In this document: positions 37,794 to 47,909 of the stretch, piece after piece | Layout of the letters: each line of letters starts with the position of its first letter | Position numbering within the stretch: the stretch's first letter is position 1 | NCBI GenBank assembly: GCA_964558655.1 | Contig: CAZLEX010000002.1 | Span: 1,600 to 65,599, forward strand | Reading direction: 5' to 3' | DNA: 64,000 bases | DNA from: an uncultured Oscillospiraceae bacterium | GTDB taxonomy: Bacteria > Bacillota > Clostridia > Oscillospirales > SIG627 | Translations under genes and position numbers: made by a program | The notes under the pieces: model-generated | Databases searched by the model: none | What the model was told of the DNA's origin: nothing | What the model saw: only the letters and a program-made list of their open reading frames with translations

Positions 37794-39275
37794 ATGCTTC
37801 TTGAAAAAGTTTTTGAAAATATCAAAATAAAAAAGACAAATATTTCTTTTGACAGAGAGTGTGTGGGAATAACCGAGAGCAGTAAGCGCGTAAAAGAGGG
37901 AAGTGTTTTTTGTGCACTGTGCGGAGAGCGTGTTGACGGAAACAGATTTATTCCTCAGGCACTTGCCGCAGGAGCAATTTGCATTGTTACCGAAACCGAA
38001 CCGGATAAAGATATTCCGTTCGTGCTTGTAGATGATGCGAGAAGTGTTTTTTCAAGGCTTCTTTCGAATTTTCATTCGCACCCGGAAAAATCTTTCAAAT
38101 ATACCGTAGCGGTTACGGGAACAAACGGAAAAACATCGACAACCCTTATGTTAAAGTCCATTTTTGAGAGAGCGGGTTATAAGGTCGGACTTATAGGTAC
38201 AATGAAGTATCTTATAGGCGATAAGGAGTACAACTGCGAATCCGAAGGTAATCTTCTGACGACTCCCGATCCGGAAAATTTTTACGCACTTCTTGATATA
38301 ATGAGACAGGAAAAAACCGATGTTCTTGTCATGGAAGCTTCATCTCATGCTTTGGCGATGGATAAGCTCGGAGATATCGTGTTTGACTGCGGAGTGTTTA
38401 CCAATCTCACCCGTGATCATCTCAATTTTCACGGCACGGTTGAAAATTATCGCGACGCAAAAGCAAAACTTTTTAAAATGTCGAAGATATCCCTCATAAA
38501 CGACGACGATCCCATGTCTTCCTATATGAGACAGTCGGCTTCGGGCAGTGTTTTCGGATATTCCGTCAATGATATCAGCAGTGACTTTAACGCAAAGAGT
38601 GTGCGTTATTCGGGAGCACTCGGTGTGGATTATGTTTTTCTCGCAAAAGAGGTAATCTTTCGCATATTTGTCGGAATACCCGGAACTTTTTCGGTGTATA
38701 ATTCTTTGGCTGCCGCTTCCTGTGCCTATGTTCTCGGTATTGACAGAGAGGCAATAGTCGATGGACTCCGTGACATAAACCGTGTCGAAGGCAGATTTGA
38801 CAGGGTGGATATAGACGCTCCGTTTTCGGTTATTATAGATTTTGCTCATACTCCCGACGCAATGGAGAATGTACTGAAAACGGTAAGGAGTTTTGCACCC
38901 GCATCGGTTATTACGGTCTTCGGATGCGGAGGAGACAGAGACCGTACGAAACGGCCGATAATGGGGGAAATTGCCTCAAGAATGAGCGACAAAGTGATTG
39001 TTACATCGGATAATTCGAGGACTGAAAACCGTGAAAAAATTATTGACGAAATAATGGAAGGTATAGATAAACACTTTGAGTGTGTCAGAAGAATAAGCGA
39101 CCGTACCGCAGCGATTCGTGCGGCTATGGATATTGCCGAAAAAAATGATGTTATAATGCTTTTGGGAAAAGGTCATGAGGAATATGAGATAGACGAAAGC
39201 GGAAAGCATCATTATTCCGAGCGGGAAGAAGTCGTTAAGTATTATAATATCATGAAGTCGGAGGGAAAATTATGA
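37794..39275 (+). CDS. murE: UDP-N-acetylmuramoyl-L-alanyl-D-glutamate--2,6-diaminopimelate ligase
   Basis: GTNGKTST P-loop. The DNSRTE block corresponds to the DNPR motif of DAP-adding enzymes, and the Arg is retained. Confidence 0.88.
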   Translation: MLLEKVFENIKIKKTNISFDRECVGITESSKRVKEGSVFCALCGERVDGNRFIPQALAAGAICIVTETEPDKDIPFVLVDDARSVFSRLLSNFHSHPEKSFKYTVAVTGTNGKTSTTLMLKSIFERAGYKVGLIGTMKYLIGDKEYNCESEGNLLTTPDPENFYALLDIMRQEKTDVLVMEASSHALAMDKLGDIVFDCGVFTNLTRDHLNFHGTVENYRDAKAKLFKMSKISLINDDDPMSSYMRQSASGSVFGYSVNDISSDFNAKSVRYSGALGVDYVFLAKEVIFRIFVGIPGTFSVYNSLAAASCAYVLGIDREAIVDGLRDINRVEGRFDRVDIDAPFSVIIDFAHTPDAMENVLKTVRSFAPASVITVFGCGGDRDRTKRPIMGEIASRMSDKVIVTSDNSRTENREKIIDEIMEGIDKHFECVRRISDRTAAIRAAMDIAEKNDVIMLLGKGHEEYEIDESGKHHYSEREEVVKYYNIMKSEGKL

Positions 39276-40624
39276 TACCGATGAAACTTTCCGAAATAGC
39301 GAGACTTCTCAATGTTGAATTTTCGGGAGATGACAGGCTTATAACGGGAATCTCAACGGATTCGAGAACCGTTTCGGAAAATGAACTTTTTGTTTCAATC
39401 GTCGGTGAAAAATTTGACGCTCATGATTTTATCACGCAAATTAACTGTGCCGCATCTCTTTGTGAGCGGGAGTGCCCGCCGACTTCTTTCCCTCAGCTCA
39501 GAGTGAAGTCCTGTGTTGAAGCACTCGGCAAAATCGCTTCTTACAATGCTCGTCTTTCAAATCCGAAATGCGTGATTACGCTTACGGGGAGTGTCGGAAA
39601 AACGACGACCAAAGAAATGTGTGCCCTGGTGTGTGAGAAAAAATACAAGACGCTTAAAACGGCGGGAAATTTTAACAATCATATAGGCGTTCCGAAAACA
39701 CTTTTGGGACTTGACGGAAGTTACGGTGCACTCGTTTGCGAAATGGGTATGAGTCATGCGGGAGAGATTGCATATTTGTCCGGCCTTGTTGATTCGGATA
39801 TTGCGATTATTACGAACATAGGAAACGCACACATAGAAAATTTAAAATCCAGAGAAAATATCGCCAAAGCCAAAACGGAAATTACGGCAGGGCTGAAAAA
39901 AGAAGGAATTTTACTTGTAAACGGAGACGAAAAATTGCTCGAAAACATTGAGTTTTCCGGCAAAATAATCCGTGTCGACATGAATTCCAATTCGAGTGTT
40001 TATGCAAAAAATATTGTAACGCATGCGAATTCTGTCGAATTTGACTGTGTTTGCTTTGGCAAAACCGCAAAAGTTTTTCTTCCCGTTCCCGGAAAACACA
40101 ATGTTCACAACGCTCTGTTTGCCATGACGGTCGCTCACTGTATCGGCGTGGACCTGAATATCGCTGCCGAAGCACTCGGAAAATATGTGCCCGCCGGAAT
40201 GAGACAGCACATATATAATGTCGGAAACAGCACGGTTATTGCCGATTGCTACAACGCCGGAGTTGAATCTATGACAGCATCGCTCGAAACGCTTTCCGAT
40301 ATGAGTTCGGGAAGAATGAGCATTGCGGTTCTCGGCGATATGCTGGAACTCGGAGATATGAGTGAAGAACTCCATCGCAAAGTGGGAGAAACTGCGGCAA
40401 AAACAAATACAGATGTACTTGTCTGTGTCGGAAACAAAGCCGAGTTTATTGAAATTTCCGCACTTGAACACGGGTTAAAAGAGGCATATTATTTTAAAAC
40501 GCACGAAGAAGCGGCAAAATTTTTATCGGCTTACAGAGATAAAAACGCAGTGATTCTTTTTAAAGCCAGCCGTGCCATGCAGTTTGAAAAACTTGCCGAA
40601 ATATCGGGATTTTCCGAAAAATAA
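39272..40624 (+). CDS. murF: UDP-N-acetylmuramoyl-tripeptide--D-alanyl-D-alanine ligase
   Basis: ISTDSRTV..., and the GSVGKTTTKEM P-loop. Confidence 0.9.
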   Translation: MIPMKLSEIARLLNVEFSGDDRLITGISTDSRTVSENELFVSIVGEKFDAHDFITQINCAASLCERECPPTSFPQLRVKSCVEALGKIASYNARLSNPKCVITLTGSVGKTTTKEMCALVCEKKYKTLKTAGNFNNHIGVPKTLLGLDGSYGALVCEMGMSHAGEIAYLSGLVDSDIAIITNIGNAHIENLKSRENIAKAKTEITAGLKKEGILLVNGDEKLLENIEFSGKIIRVDMNSNSSVYAKNIVTHANSVEFDCVCFGKTAKVFLPVPGKHNVHNALFAMTVAHCIGVDLNIAAEALGKYVPAGMRQHIYNVGNSTVIADCYNAGVESMTASLETLSDMSSGRMSIAVLGDMLELGDMSEELHRKVGETAAKTNTDVLVCVGNKAEFIEISALEHGLKEAYYFKTHEEAAKFLSAYRDKNAVILFKASRAMQFEKLAEISGFSEK

Positions 40625-40632
40625 AGGAGTTA

Positions 40633-41613
40633 ATGATGAAAGCAGTTCAATTTGCCCTGCCTTTTATATTGAGTCTCATTGTTACTTTTGTCCTTGAAAA
40701 AAAATTTATCCCGGCACTCATGCGGATAAAAATGGGGCAATACATTCTCGATATAGGTCCGAGATGGCATAAATCAAAAGAGGGTACCCCAACAATGGGA
40801 GGAATATTTTTTATATCGGGTACGGTAATTGCTTTTCTTGTTACAGGTTTGATTTCCTCTCTGAAAAATTCGAATTTTTCCGATTTGTCCGTGCTTGTGA
40901 CGGCACTTCTTTTCGGAGCTATCGGATTTATAGACGACTATACGAAGTTTGTAAAAAAGCAAAACAAGGGACTTACCGCTCGCACAAAACTTATTTTGCA
41001 GCTTGCGGTGAGCACTTTGTTCCTGTTTTCAATGACACGGCTCGGAATAATAAGCACACAGCTTGAACTGCCTTTTGTGAAAAAAACAGTGGAACTCGGA
41101 ATTGTGTATTACATATTCGCACTGTTTTTTATAGCGTTCGTTGTCAACAGTGTAAATCTTACCGACGGAATAGATGGGCTTGCCGGCAGTATAACTCTTA
41201 TTGTGACAGTATTCTTTGCTTCTCTTGCTTTCAAAAATTCCGATTATTCTTTTCTGTCTCTCACTGGAGCGGTAGCCGGAGGGCTTTGTTCGTTCCTTTA
41301 TTACAACATAAATCCCGCAAAAATTTTTATGGGAGATACGGGGTCTCTGTTTTTGGGGGGATTTGTCGTCTGTACGGCGTTTAAGCTTAACTGCCCGCTC
41401 ATAATCGTGTTTGCTGGACTTTGGTATATGATAGAAGCTTTATCGGTCGTACTGCAGGTGGCTTCGTTTAAGCTGTTTAAAAAACGCATTTTCAAAATGG
41501 CACCGATACATCATCATTTTGAGATGTGCTCATGGTCGGAACACCGAATTGTCCGTACATTTTCGTTTTTTACCGCAGTTATGTGCATTATAGCGTATTT
41601 TTCTTTTTATTAA
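40633..41613 (+). CDS. mraY: phospho-N-acetylmuramoyl-pentapeptide transferase
   Basis: PTMGG, NLTDGIDGLA and GDTGSL motifs. The start is 40633 or 40636. Confidence 0.93.
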   Translation: MMKAVQFALPFILSLIVTFVLEKKFIPALMRIKMGQYILDIGPRWHKSKEGTPTMGGIFFISGTVIAFLVTGLISSLKNSNFSDLSVLVTALLFGAIGFIDDYTKFVKKQNKGLTARTKLILQLAVSTLFLFSMTRLGIISTQLELPFVKKTVELGIVYYIFALFFIAFVVNSVNLTDGIDGLAGSITLIVTVFFASLAFKNSDYSFLSLTGAVAGGLCSFLYYNINPAKIFMGDTGSLFLGGFVVCTAFKLNCPLIIVFAGLWYMIEALSVVLQVASFKLFKKRIFKMAPIHHHFEMCSWSEHRIVRTFSFFTAVMCIIAYFSFY

Positions 41614-41634
41614 AAAATATTCGGAGGGTTACAG

Positions 41635-42936
41635 GTGATAAGCGGGAACTCGAAAGCAAAAAAAATAACCGATGAAAAAAGGCGACAGTCGGAAAACGGA
41701 ACGCGGAAGAGTGCGGAAACTTCCCGCAGTATATCCGAAGAAAAGCTTGCCGCAAATAAAAAAAGTCCCCGTCCCGTTGCGACGAGGAAGTCGTTGGGCA
41801 CAAAGAATACCGAAGACACTGATGAAAGTCTCGTCCGTGTAAAATCGGGAGTGGACAGGCCTTTTTTACTCATAGTTTTGACTCTCGTTGCACTCGGAAC
41901 CATAATGGTTTTTTCCGCAAGTTACGCATATGCAAAGCAAAATTACAATGACAGTTACTTTTTTGCGACAAGGCAGATAAGGTGGGTAATTGTCGGAAGT
42001 GCCGTTATGTTTCTTGTTTCCCATTTCGGAGATTATCTTTTGATAAGGACTTTTCAAAAGCCGTTTTTTTACATTTCCATGTTCTTCATGGCGATAGTTC
42101 CTTTTTTGGGGTTTGATGCCGGAGGAGCTACACGCTGGTTTCAGATAGGTCCTATAAACTTTCAGCCGTCGGAATTTGCGAAAATCGCAATTATACTTTA
42201 TTTTGCCGATTATATCGCAAAAAACAAGGGAGCCGGGAAAACCGTAATAGGTCAGGCACTTCCTTATCTTGCGGTCGGCGGATATATGGGCATAACCCTT
42301 TTGCTTGAGCCTCACATTTCTTGCTGTATAATAGTCCTCCTTCTTATTTTTGTACTTATGTTTTTCGGAGGTGTTTCCAGAAAGCTCATTTTTGTTCTTT
42401 CTGTTACCGCCGTAATTGCGGTTGCGGCAATGATTGCGGTTTCTTCTCACGCACAGGCGAGAATACTTGCGTGGCTGCATCCGGAGCAATACGAGGCTGA
42501 TGCATGGCAGTCGATACAGTCACTTTATGCGATAGGATCAGGAGGTTTGTGGGGAGTAGGTCTCGGACAGAGTACTCAAAAGCATCTTTACCTTCCGGAA
42601 CCGCAAAACGATTATATTTTCCCCATACTTTGCGAAGAACTCGGATTTATCTTCGCGGCGGGCGTTCTGCTTTTGTTTACGGCACTTATATGGCGGGGTG
42701 TATATATTGCAAAACACTCACCGAGCATTTATTCCTGTCTTGTTGTCGTGGGAATTATCGCACAGGTCGGGATACAGACTTTTTTGAATATTGCCGTGGT
42801 GACAAATACGCTTCCGACGACGGGTATCCCATTGCCGTTCTTCTCGTACGGAGGAACATCGCTTATAATACTTATGGCCGAAATGGGAATGATTTTGAAT
42901 ATTTCACGCTATTCATATATAAGAAAGGATAAATGA
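41635..42936 (+). CDS. ftsW: SEDS-family peptidoglycan polymerase FtsW/SpoVE with a basic N-terminal extension
   Basis: GTG start 6 nt after GGAGGG. FQPSEFAK and LPFFSYGGTS motifs. About 75 extra Lys/Arg/Ser-rich residues precede the first TM segment. Confidence 0.88.
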   Translation: MISGNSKAKKITDEKRRQSENGTRKSAETSRSISEEKLAANKKSPRPVATRKSLGTKNTEDTDESLVRVKSGVDRPFLLIVLTLVALGTIMVFSASYAYAKQNYNDSYFFATRQIRWVIVGSAVMFLVSHFGDYLLIRTFQKPFFYISMFFMAIVPFLGFDAGGATRWFQIGPINFQPSEFAKIAIILYFADYIAKNKGAGKTVIGQALPYLAVGGYMGITLLLEPHISCCIIVLLLIFVLMFFGGVSRKLIFVLSVTAVIAVAAMIAVSSHAQARILAWLHPEQYEADAWQSIQSLYAIGSGGLWGVGLGQSTQKHLYLPEPQNDYIFPILCEELGFIFAAGVLLLFTALIWRGVYIAKHSPSIYSCLVVVGIIAQVGIQTFLNIAVVTNTLPTTGIPLPFFSYGGTSLIILMAEMGMILNISRYSYIRKDK

Positions 42937-44051
42937 CAATGAGAGTGTTACTGTCAGGCGGAGGCACGGCGGGGCATATAAATCCCGCACTTGCCATTGC
43001 CGAAAAAATAAAAGAAGAAGTTCCCGATGCACAAATAGCTTTTGTCGGAACTCCGGCGGGCATGGAAAACCGCCTTGTGACAAATGCGGGATATGAGATA
43101 TTTCATGTAGATGTAAAAGGGTTTCAGAGAAAACTTACACCGAAAAATATTCCTATTGCGTGGAAAGCACTTGTCTCACCGGTTAAGGCGGGAGGAATAA
43201 TAAAAAAATTTAAGCCCGACATCGTAATAGGTACCGGCGGGTATGTAAGCTGGCCGGTGGTAAAAGCTGCCGCCGACCGAAAAATTCCGACGCTCATTCA
43301 CGAACAAAACGCTCAGGCGGGTGTTACGACGAAAATGCTGTCAAAAATCGTGGATAAAGTCATGATAAGTTTCGATGCAACCGCCGAACAGCTTCATGCA
43401 AAGCGTGAGAACATCATTTTAACGGGCAATCCCGTAAGAACGGAGCTTTTCCGAATGAATAAGTCGGAGGAAAGAGAGCGTCACGGAATTGCGTGCGGGA
43501 CTCCGTATATATTGAGCTACGGGGGAAGTCTCGGTGCCCGTGCAATAAACGACACGGTGTTTTCTATCATAAAAAGCGGTGCGTTTTCTTCACGGGGATT
43601 TTTTCATACTCATGCGGTCGGTTCTTACGAATGGAGCAGAAGGAAAGAGGAAATCGCAAAATTCGAAAAAAATGAGTTGCTTGAAGTATGCGAATACATT
43701 TACGATATGCCTTCCAGACTGTGTGCCGCCGATATTGTAATATCCCGTGCCGGTGCGATTACATTGGCTGAGCTTGCGGTATTGGGCAAACCCGCAATTT
43801 TGGTTCCCTCACCGAATGTTACCGACAACCATCAATTTAAAAATGCGAGTGTGGTTGAAAAAAGCGGTGCGGCCGTAATGATAGAGGAAAATAATTTAAC
43901 GCCGGCCTTGCTCGAAAAAACCGTTACGGAAATTCTTTCGGACGGAGCAAGGCTTGAAGAAATGGGAAAGGCCGCAGAAAAACTCGCAATAAAAGATACT
44001 CACGAAAGAATATGGAAAACCGTTAAAGAATTGACGGATAAGAGGACTTAA
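42933..44051 (+). CDS. murG: UDP-GlcNAc:undecaprenyl-PP-MurNAc-pentapeptide GlcNAc transferase
   Basis: GGGTAGHINPALA, and GGSLGA motifs. Confidence 0.92.
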   Translation: MTMRVLLSGGGTAGHINPALAIAEKIKEEVPDAQIAFVGTPAGMENRLVTNAGYEIFHVDVKGFQRKLTPKNIPIAWKALVSPVKAGGIIKKFKPDIVIGTGGYVSWPVVKAAADRKIPTLIHEQNAQAGVTTKMLSKIVDKVMISFDATAEQLHAKRENIILTGNPVRTELFRMNKSEERERHGIACGTPYILSYGGSLGARAINDTVFSIIKSGAFSSRGFFHTHAVGSYEWSRRKEEIAKFEKNELLEVCEYIYDMPSRLCAADIVISRAGAITLAELAVLGKPAILVPSPNVTDNHQFKNASVVEKSGAAVMIEENNLTPALLEKTVTEILSDGARLEEMGKAAEKLAIKDTHERIWKTVKELTDKRT

Positions 44052-44053
44052 AG

Positions 44054-44839
44054 ATGACAGATGAAACAAAAATCCGTAAAATAAGGGAAAAAGCACAAAA
44101 CAAGCAGAAGAACACGAAAAAATTTTTTGCTGTCGCTTTTATTTTGTGCCTTGCCGTGTTTTCGGTTTTTGTGTTTCTGAAACTTTTTGTAATCAAAAAA
44201 ACAGAAGTGATTATGCCGGAAAATACCTTTTTGACCGCAGATGCCGTAATAAGTAAAACAGGCGTTAAAACGGGGGATAATCTTCTGCTTGCGAGTAAAA
44301 AAGAGATAGAAAAAAATCTCACATCCGCATATCCTTATATAAAAAGCGTAAAAGTCGAGAAAAAATTTCCGTCATCGCTGAGAATTTCGCTTGAACTCAA
44401 TTCTCCGGCAATGCGGATTGAAATAGGAGGAAAAAACTTTGTTCTTTCTTCCGACGGCAAAGTGCTTTTTTCACTTGAAGAGGACTCTGAAATTTTGAGC
44501 CGAACGGCAAATCTTGTGACACAGGGTGTTACAAAATGTGTTCAGGGAGAAAAGATAGGTTTTAAGGATAAGGACAGCTTAAAAATCGTAACGGATATAT
44601 ACCAAGCTTTTGAAAAGTATTCTCTGTCGGATAAACTGACATATATCGACATTACCGACAAATATAATATAAAGCTGCAGCTTGACGAAAGGCTGGATAT
44701 CGTTTTCGGCACATTCGACAATGTCGAAGCAAAAGTCGAAATGCTTTCTTTGGATTATGAAAAAGAGTTCCAAAACCTGAAGGCAAAGATAGATATTTCC
44801 GACGGAAAAGATGCGTTTGTATATGTATACGGCAGCTGA
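44054..44839 (+). CDS. ftsQ: cell-division protein FtsQ/DivIB (POTRA domain)
   Basis: It has a TM anchor followed by a POTRA-like segment (ITKTEVIMPENTFLTADAVISKTGVKTGDNLL). Its position lies between murG and ftsZ. Confidence 0.75.
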   Translation: MTDETKIRKIREKAQNKQKNTKKFFAVAFILCLAVFSVFVFLKLFVIKKTEVIMPENTFLTADAVISKTGVKTGDNLLLASKKEIEKNLTSAYPYIKSVKVEKKFPSSLRISLELNSPAMRIEIGGKNFVLSSDGKVLFSLEEDSEILSRTANLVTQGVTKCVQGEKIGFKDKDSLKIVTDIYQAFEKYSLSDKLTYIDITDKYNIKLQLDERLDIVFGTFDNVEAKVEMLSLDYEKEFQNLKAKIDISDGKDAFVYVYGS

Positions 44840-44959
44840 AACAATAAAAATTATGAAAAATTTATAAAAATTTCAAAAAAACCTTGCAAAACTTGAAAAA
44901 GTGTATTAATATATATAATAAGAGTATTATCCCATTAGATAAATTAGGAGGACGACAAA

Positions 44960-46018
44960 ATGCCTGAATACGGAGAAAGCCTTGTTAACATCAAGGTAAT
45001 TGGCGTCGGAGGCGGCGGAAACAATACAGTAAACAGAATGATTAAAGCGGGAGCTGCGGGTGTAGAATTCATTGCTATCAATACCGATATGCAGGCTCTC
45101 AAGCGTTCATGTGCCGAAAAAAAGATTCCTATCGGTGAGAAATTGACAAAGGGACGCGGAGCCGGTGCAAATCCGGAAGTCGGCAAGAAAGCTGCCGAGG
45201 AATCACTTGATGAAATCAATTCGGCGGTTGAGAGTGCCGATATGGTGTTTATCACTGCCGGCATGGGCGGAGGTACCGGTACGGGTGCGGCATCGGTTGT
45301 TGCGAAGGCGGCACGCAGTAAGGGTATACTTACGGTCGGCGTTGTAACAAAACCTTTTGCCTTTGAAGGAAAGCAGCGTATGGAAAGAGCCGAAACCGGA
45401 ATTGCGGAACTTAGCGAGCAGGTTGACGCACTTATCGTTATTCCCAACGAGAGACTGAAGATGGTTTCGGAAACGAGAATTACGCTTGCCAACGCATTCG
45501 ACATTGCCGACGGAGTTCTTTCACGCGGAGTTCAAAGCGTATACGAACTTATCAATATGGACGCTATTGTAAACCTTGATTTTGCCGATGTTACGGCGAT
45601 TATGGCAAATGCGGGCCTCGCACATATGGGTGTGGGAAGCGGTAAAGGCAAGGATAAGGCAGATCTTGCCGCACGCATGGCAATTTCGAGTCCTCTGCTT
45701 GAAACTTCCATTGCAGGTGCGACCGGTATCATCGTAAATATTACGGCTTCTCCCGATATTGGGCTTGATGAAATTGATTATGCTTCCAATATGATTGCGG
45801 AAGAGGCAAATTCCGAAGCGAATATCATCTGGGGTGCTGCGTTTGACGATACTTTGGAAGATGAAATGAAGATTACTGTCATAGCTACAGGATTTGATAT
45901 TGCCAAGAAGAAAGAAGCTGCGGCAAAGAGTGAAGAAAAAGCTGAAGATAAACCGCAGGCTGAAACAGGCGATATAAACGACATTGACACAATTATCAAT
46001 ATGCTCAGAAGTAAATAA
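44960..46018 (+). CDS. ftsZ: cell-division GTPase FtsZ
   Basis: Contains [22 protein letters not shown] and NLDFADV motifs. Confidence 0.96.
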   Translation: MPEYGESLVNIKVIGVGGGGNNTVNRMIKAGAAGVEFIAINTDMQALKRSCAEKKIPIGEKLTKGRGAGANPEVGKKAAEESLDEINSAVESADMVFITAGMGGGTGTGAASVVAKAARSKGILTVGVVTKPFAFEGKQRMERAETGIAELSEQVDALIVIPNERLKMVSETRITLANAFDIADGVLSRGVQSVYELINMDAIVNLDFADVTAIMANAGLAHMGVGSGKGKDKADLAARMAISSPLLETSIAGATGIIVNITASPDIGLDEIDYASNMIAEEANSEANIIWGAAFDDTLEDEMKITVIATGFDIAKKKEAAAKSEEKAEDKPQAETGDINDIDTIINMLRSK

Positions 46019-46163
46019 TTCGATTTTTTGAAAAAAATACTTGATTTTGCAAAACAGTTGTGTTATAATATGTGCACTTGTGTTGCGATTAGTTTGTGCA
46101 ACCGTATAAAATACTGAAGATGCCGTTTTGCATAAGCGGCTTTATATAGGAGGTGTTTGCAAA

Positions 46164-46349
46164 ATGGCAAAATGCGAAGTTTGCGGAAAAAGCGTTGCTT
46201 TCGGTTTGAAAGTGTCTCACTCTAACAGAAAGACCAACCGCACATGGAAGCCCAACATCAGAAAAGTAAGAGCAGTTGTTAACGGAACTCACAAGAAAAT
46301 GTATGTTTGTTCCCGTTGCCTTCGTTCTGACAAGGTTCAGCGTGCTTAA
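46164..46349 (+). CDS. rpmB: 50S ribosomal protein L28
   Basis: MAKCEVCGKSVAFGLKVSHSNRKTNRTWKPNIRKV... The start is at an internal Met after AGGAGG. Confidence 0.93.
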   Translation: MAKCEVCGKSVAFGLKVSHSNRKTNRTWKPNIRKVRAVVNGTHKKMYVCSRCLRSDKVQRA

Positions 46350-46366
46350 ACAGTTAAGAGAAAAAT

Positions 46367-46390
46367 GCACCCGCAAGGGTGCGTTTTTTT
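46367..46390 (+). terminator. rho-independent terminator after rpmB
   Basis: GCACCC-GCAA-GGGTGC followed by T7. Confidence 0.8.
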
Positions 46391-46540
46391 GTTCGCCTGC
46401 GGTTCTGCAAAAAAATAAAGCAAGTTTTTTAAAAGCTATTGAAAAAACAGAAAAAATATGATACAATATAAAACAACAAAAAACAAAGCTTGTGATGAGA
46501 ATTTGAGAATGTCAAGCGAATTTTAGAAAGGATTTGTTAT

Positions 46541-47689
46541 ATGAAGCATTTCGATATAAAAACGCACATATATTTCGGTGAAAATTCTCTTGACCGCCTC
46601 TCAGAACTTCCCTATAAAAAAGCACTCATCATTTCCGATCCTTATGTTGTTAAAAGCGGAATGGTACATTTGATTACCTCCCGACTTCAGCAAGCCGGCA
46701 TTGAGTGGCAGATTTTTGACGATGTAATTCCGGATCCGCCGATTGAGAAAATCACGCTTGGTGTATCTGCCGTCCTTGAAGCTCGTGCCGACCTTCTTAT
46801 TGCTGTCGGCGGAGGTTCTGCTATCGACTCGGCGAAAGCTATACGCGAGGTGGCGGGGAAGATTGATTCTTCCATGTCCCGTCCCGCACTTATCGCAATA
46901 CCGACAACAAGCGGAACCGGAAGTGAGGTAACATCTTTTTCCGTTATTACCGACCACAAAAATCAGACAAAAATTCCTCTTGCCGACGATACACTTTTGC
47001 CCGATGAGGCAATTCTTGACGCAGAGCTTGTAAAGACTGTACCGCCTTCTGTTACAGCCGATACCGGAATGGATGTTTTTACTCATGCACTTGAATCTTA
47101 TGTAAGTACTAACAACAATGAATTTTCGGCGGCTCTTGCGGAAAAAGCAATCGAGATAACGGGTTCGTTCCTTTTGCGTTCTTACCTTGACTGCAACGAT
47201 ACTCATGCCCGTCAGAAGATGCATGTGGCTTCCTGTCTTGCCGGACTTGCCTTTAATACGGCTTCTCTCGGACTTAATCACGGTATGGCTCATCAGCTTG
47301 GTGCGAACTTTCACATCCCTCACGGAAGAGCAAATGCACTTCTGCTTCCTCATGTAATTGAATATAACAGTGAAATTGACAAATATTCCAGATTGAAAAC
47401 CGATTATCCGAAACATGTACGCAAATATGCAACTGTGGCGAGAACACTCGGATTGCAGAATTTTAACATTGTGACAACCGTTCGAGCTCTTTCAAACTGG
47501 TGTCAGTTTATGATGAAAGAAATGGATATGCCTCTTTCGGTTTCCGAAATGAATGTATGTACCCGCGAGGAGTATTTTGCACAGATTCCCATGATGGCGG
47601 AAGCGGCTTTGAGAGACGCTTGTACAAAGACAAATCCGAGAGTCCCGACAATTAAAGATATAGAGATGCTTTATATGCAGTTGTGGTGA
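46541..47689 (+). CDS. iron-containing (group III) alcohol dehydrogenase
   Basis: GGGSAIDSAK plus a His-rich metal site (HALESY, HGMAHQLG, HGRANA). Confidence 0.88.
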   Translation: MKHFDIKTHIYFGENSLDRLSELPYKKALIISDPYVVKSGMVHLITSRLQQAGIEWQIFDDVIPDPPIEKITLGVSAVLEARADLLIAVGGGSAIDSAKAIREVAGKIDSSMSRPALIAIPTTSGTGSEVTSFSVITDHKNQTKIPLADDTLLPDEAILDAELVKTVPPSVTADTGMDVFTHALESYVSTNNNEFSAALAEKAIEITGSFLLRSYLDCNDTHARQKMHVASCLAGLAFNTASLGLNHGMAHQLGANFHIPHGRANALLLPHVIEYNSEIDKYSRLKTDYPKHVRKYATVARTLGLQNFNIVTTVRALSNWCQFMMKEMDMPLSVSEMNVCTREEYFAQIPMMAEAALRDACTKTNPRVPTIKDIEMLYMQLW

Positions 47690-47699
47690 ATTTCAGTCA

Positions 47700-47733
47700 A
47701 GCCGTCGGCACTTTGCCGGCGGCTGATTTTTTT
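47700..47733 (+). terminator. rho-independent terminator after the ADH gene
   Basis: AGCCGTCGGC-N5-GCCGGCGGCT followed by T7. Confidence 0.7.
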
Positions 47734-47816
47734 AGCACTTTTTGCTTTCAAAAGCGAAAAAACAAATTTATTCACAATATGTTTACAGAAAAAATAAAAA
47801 ATATTGCGATTACCTA

Positions 47817-47845
47817 TTGACTTTTTTGGCTTTGCGTGGTAAATT
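47817..47845 (+). promoter_or_regulatory. sigma-A-type promoter of the hrcA-grpE-dnaK-dnaJ operon
   Basis: TTGACT-17 nt-TAAATT, immediately upstream of CIRCE. Confidence 0.55.
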
Positions 47846-47856
47846 TATATCGTTGA

Positions 47857-47883
47857 TTAGCACTTTGCAATAAAGAGTGCTAA
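47857..47883 (+). promoter_or_regulatory. CIRCE operator (HrcA binding site)
   Basis: TTAGCACTT-N9-GAGTGCTAA, one mismatch from the consensus TTAGCACTC-N9-GAGTGCTAA. Confidence 0.9.
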
Positions 47884-47909
47884 AAAATAAAAAGGCGGAG
47901 GGGAGAAGC

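Noticed and set aside
44944-45504. 186-aa minus-strand ORF
   Set aside because: It is antisense to ftsZ, so I treat it as a shadow ORF.
46601-47416. 271-aa minus-strand ORF
   Set aside because: It is antisense to the iron-containing alcohol dehydrogenase gene, so I treat it as a shadow ORF.
47728-47760. A second TTAGCACTT half-site upstream of the hrcA promoter, considered as a possible second CIRCE
   Set aside because: No matching GAGTGCTAA arm lies at 9-nt spacing. It sits in the T tract of the ADH terminator.
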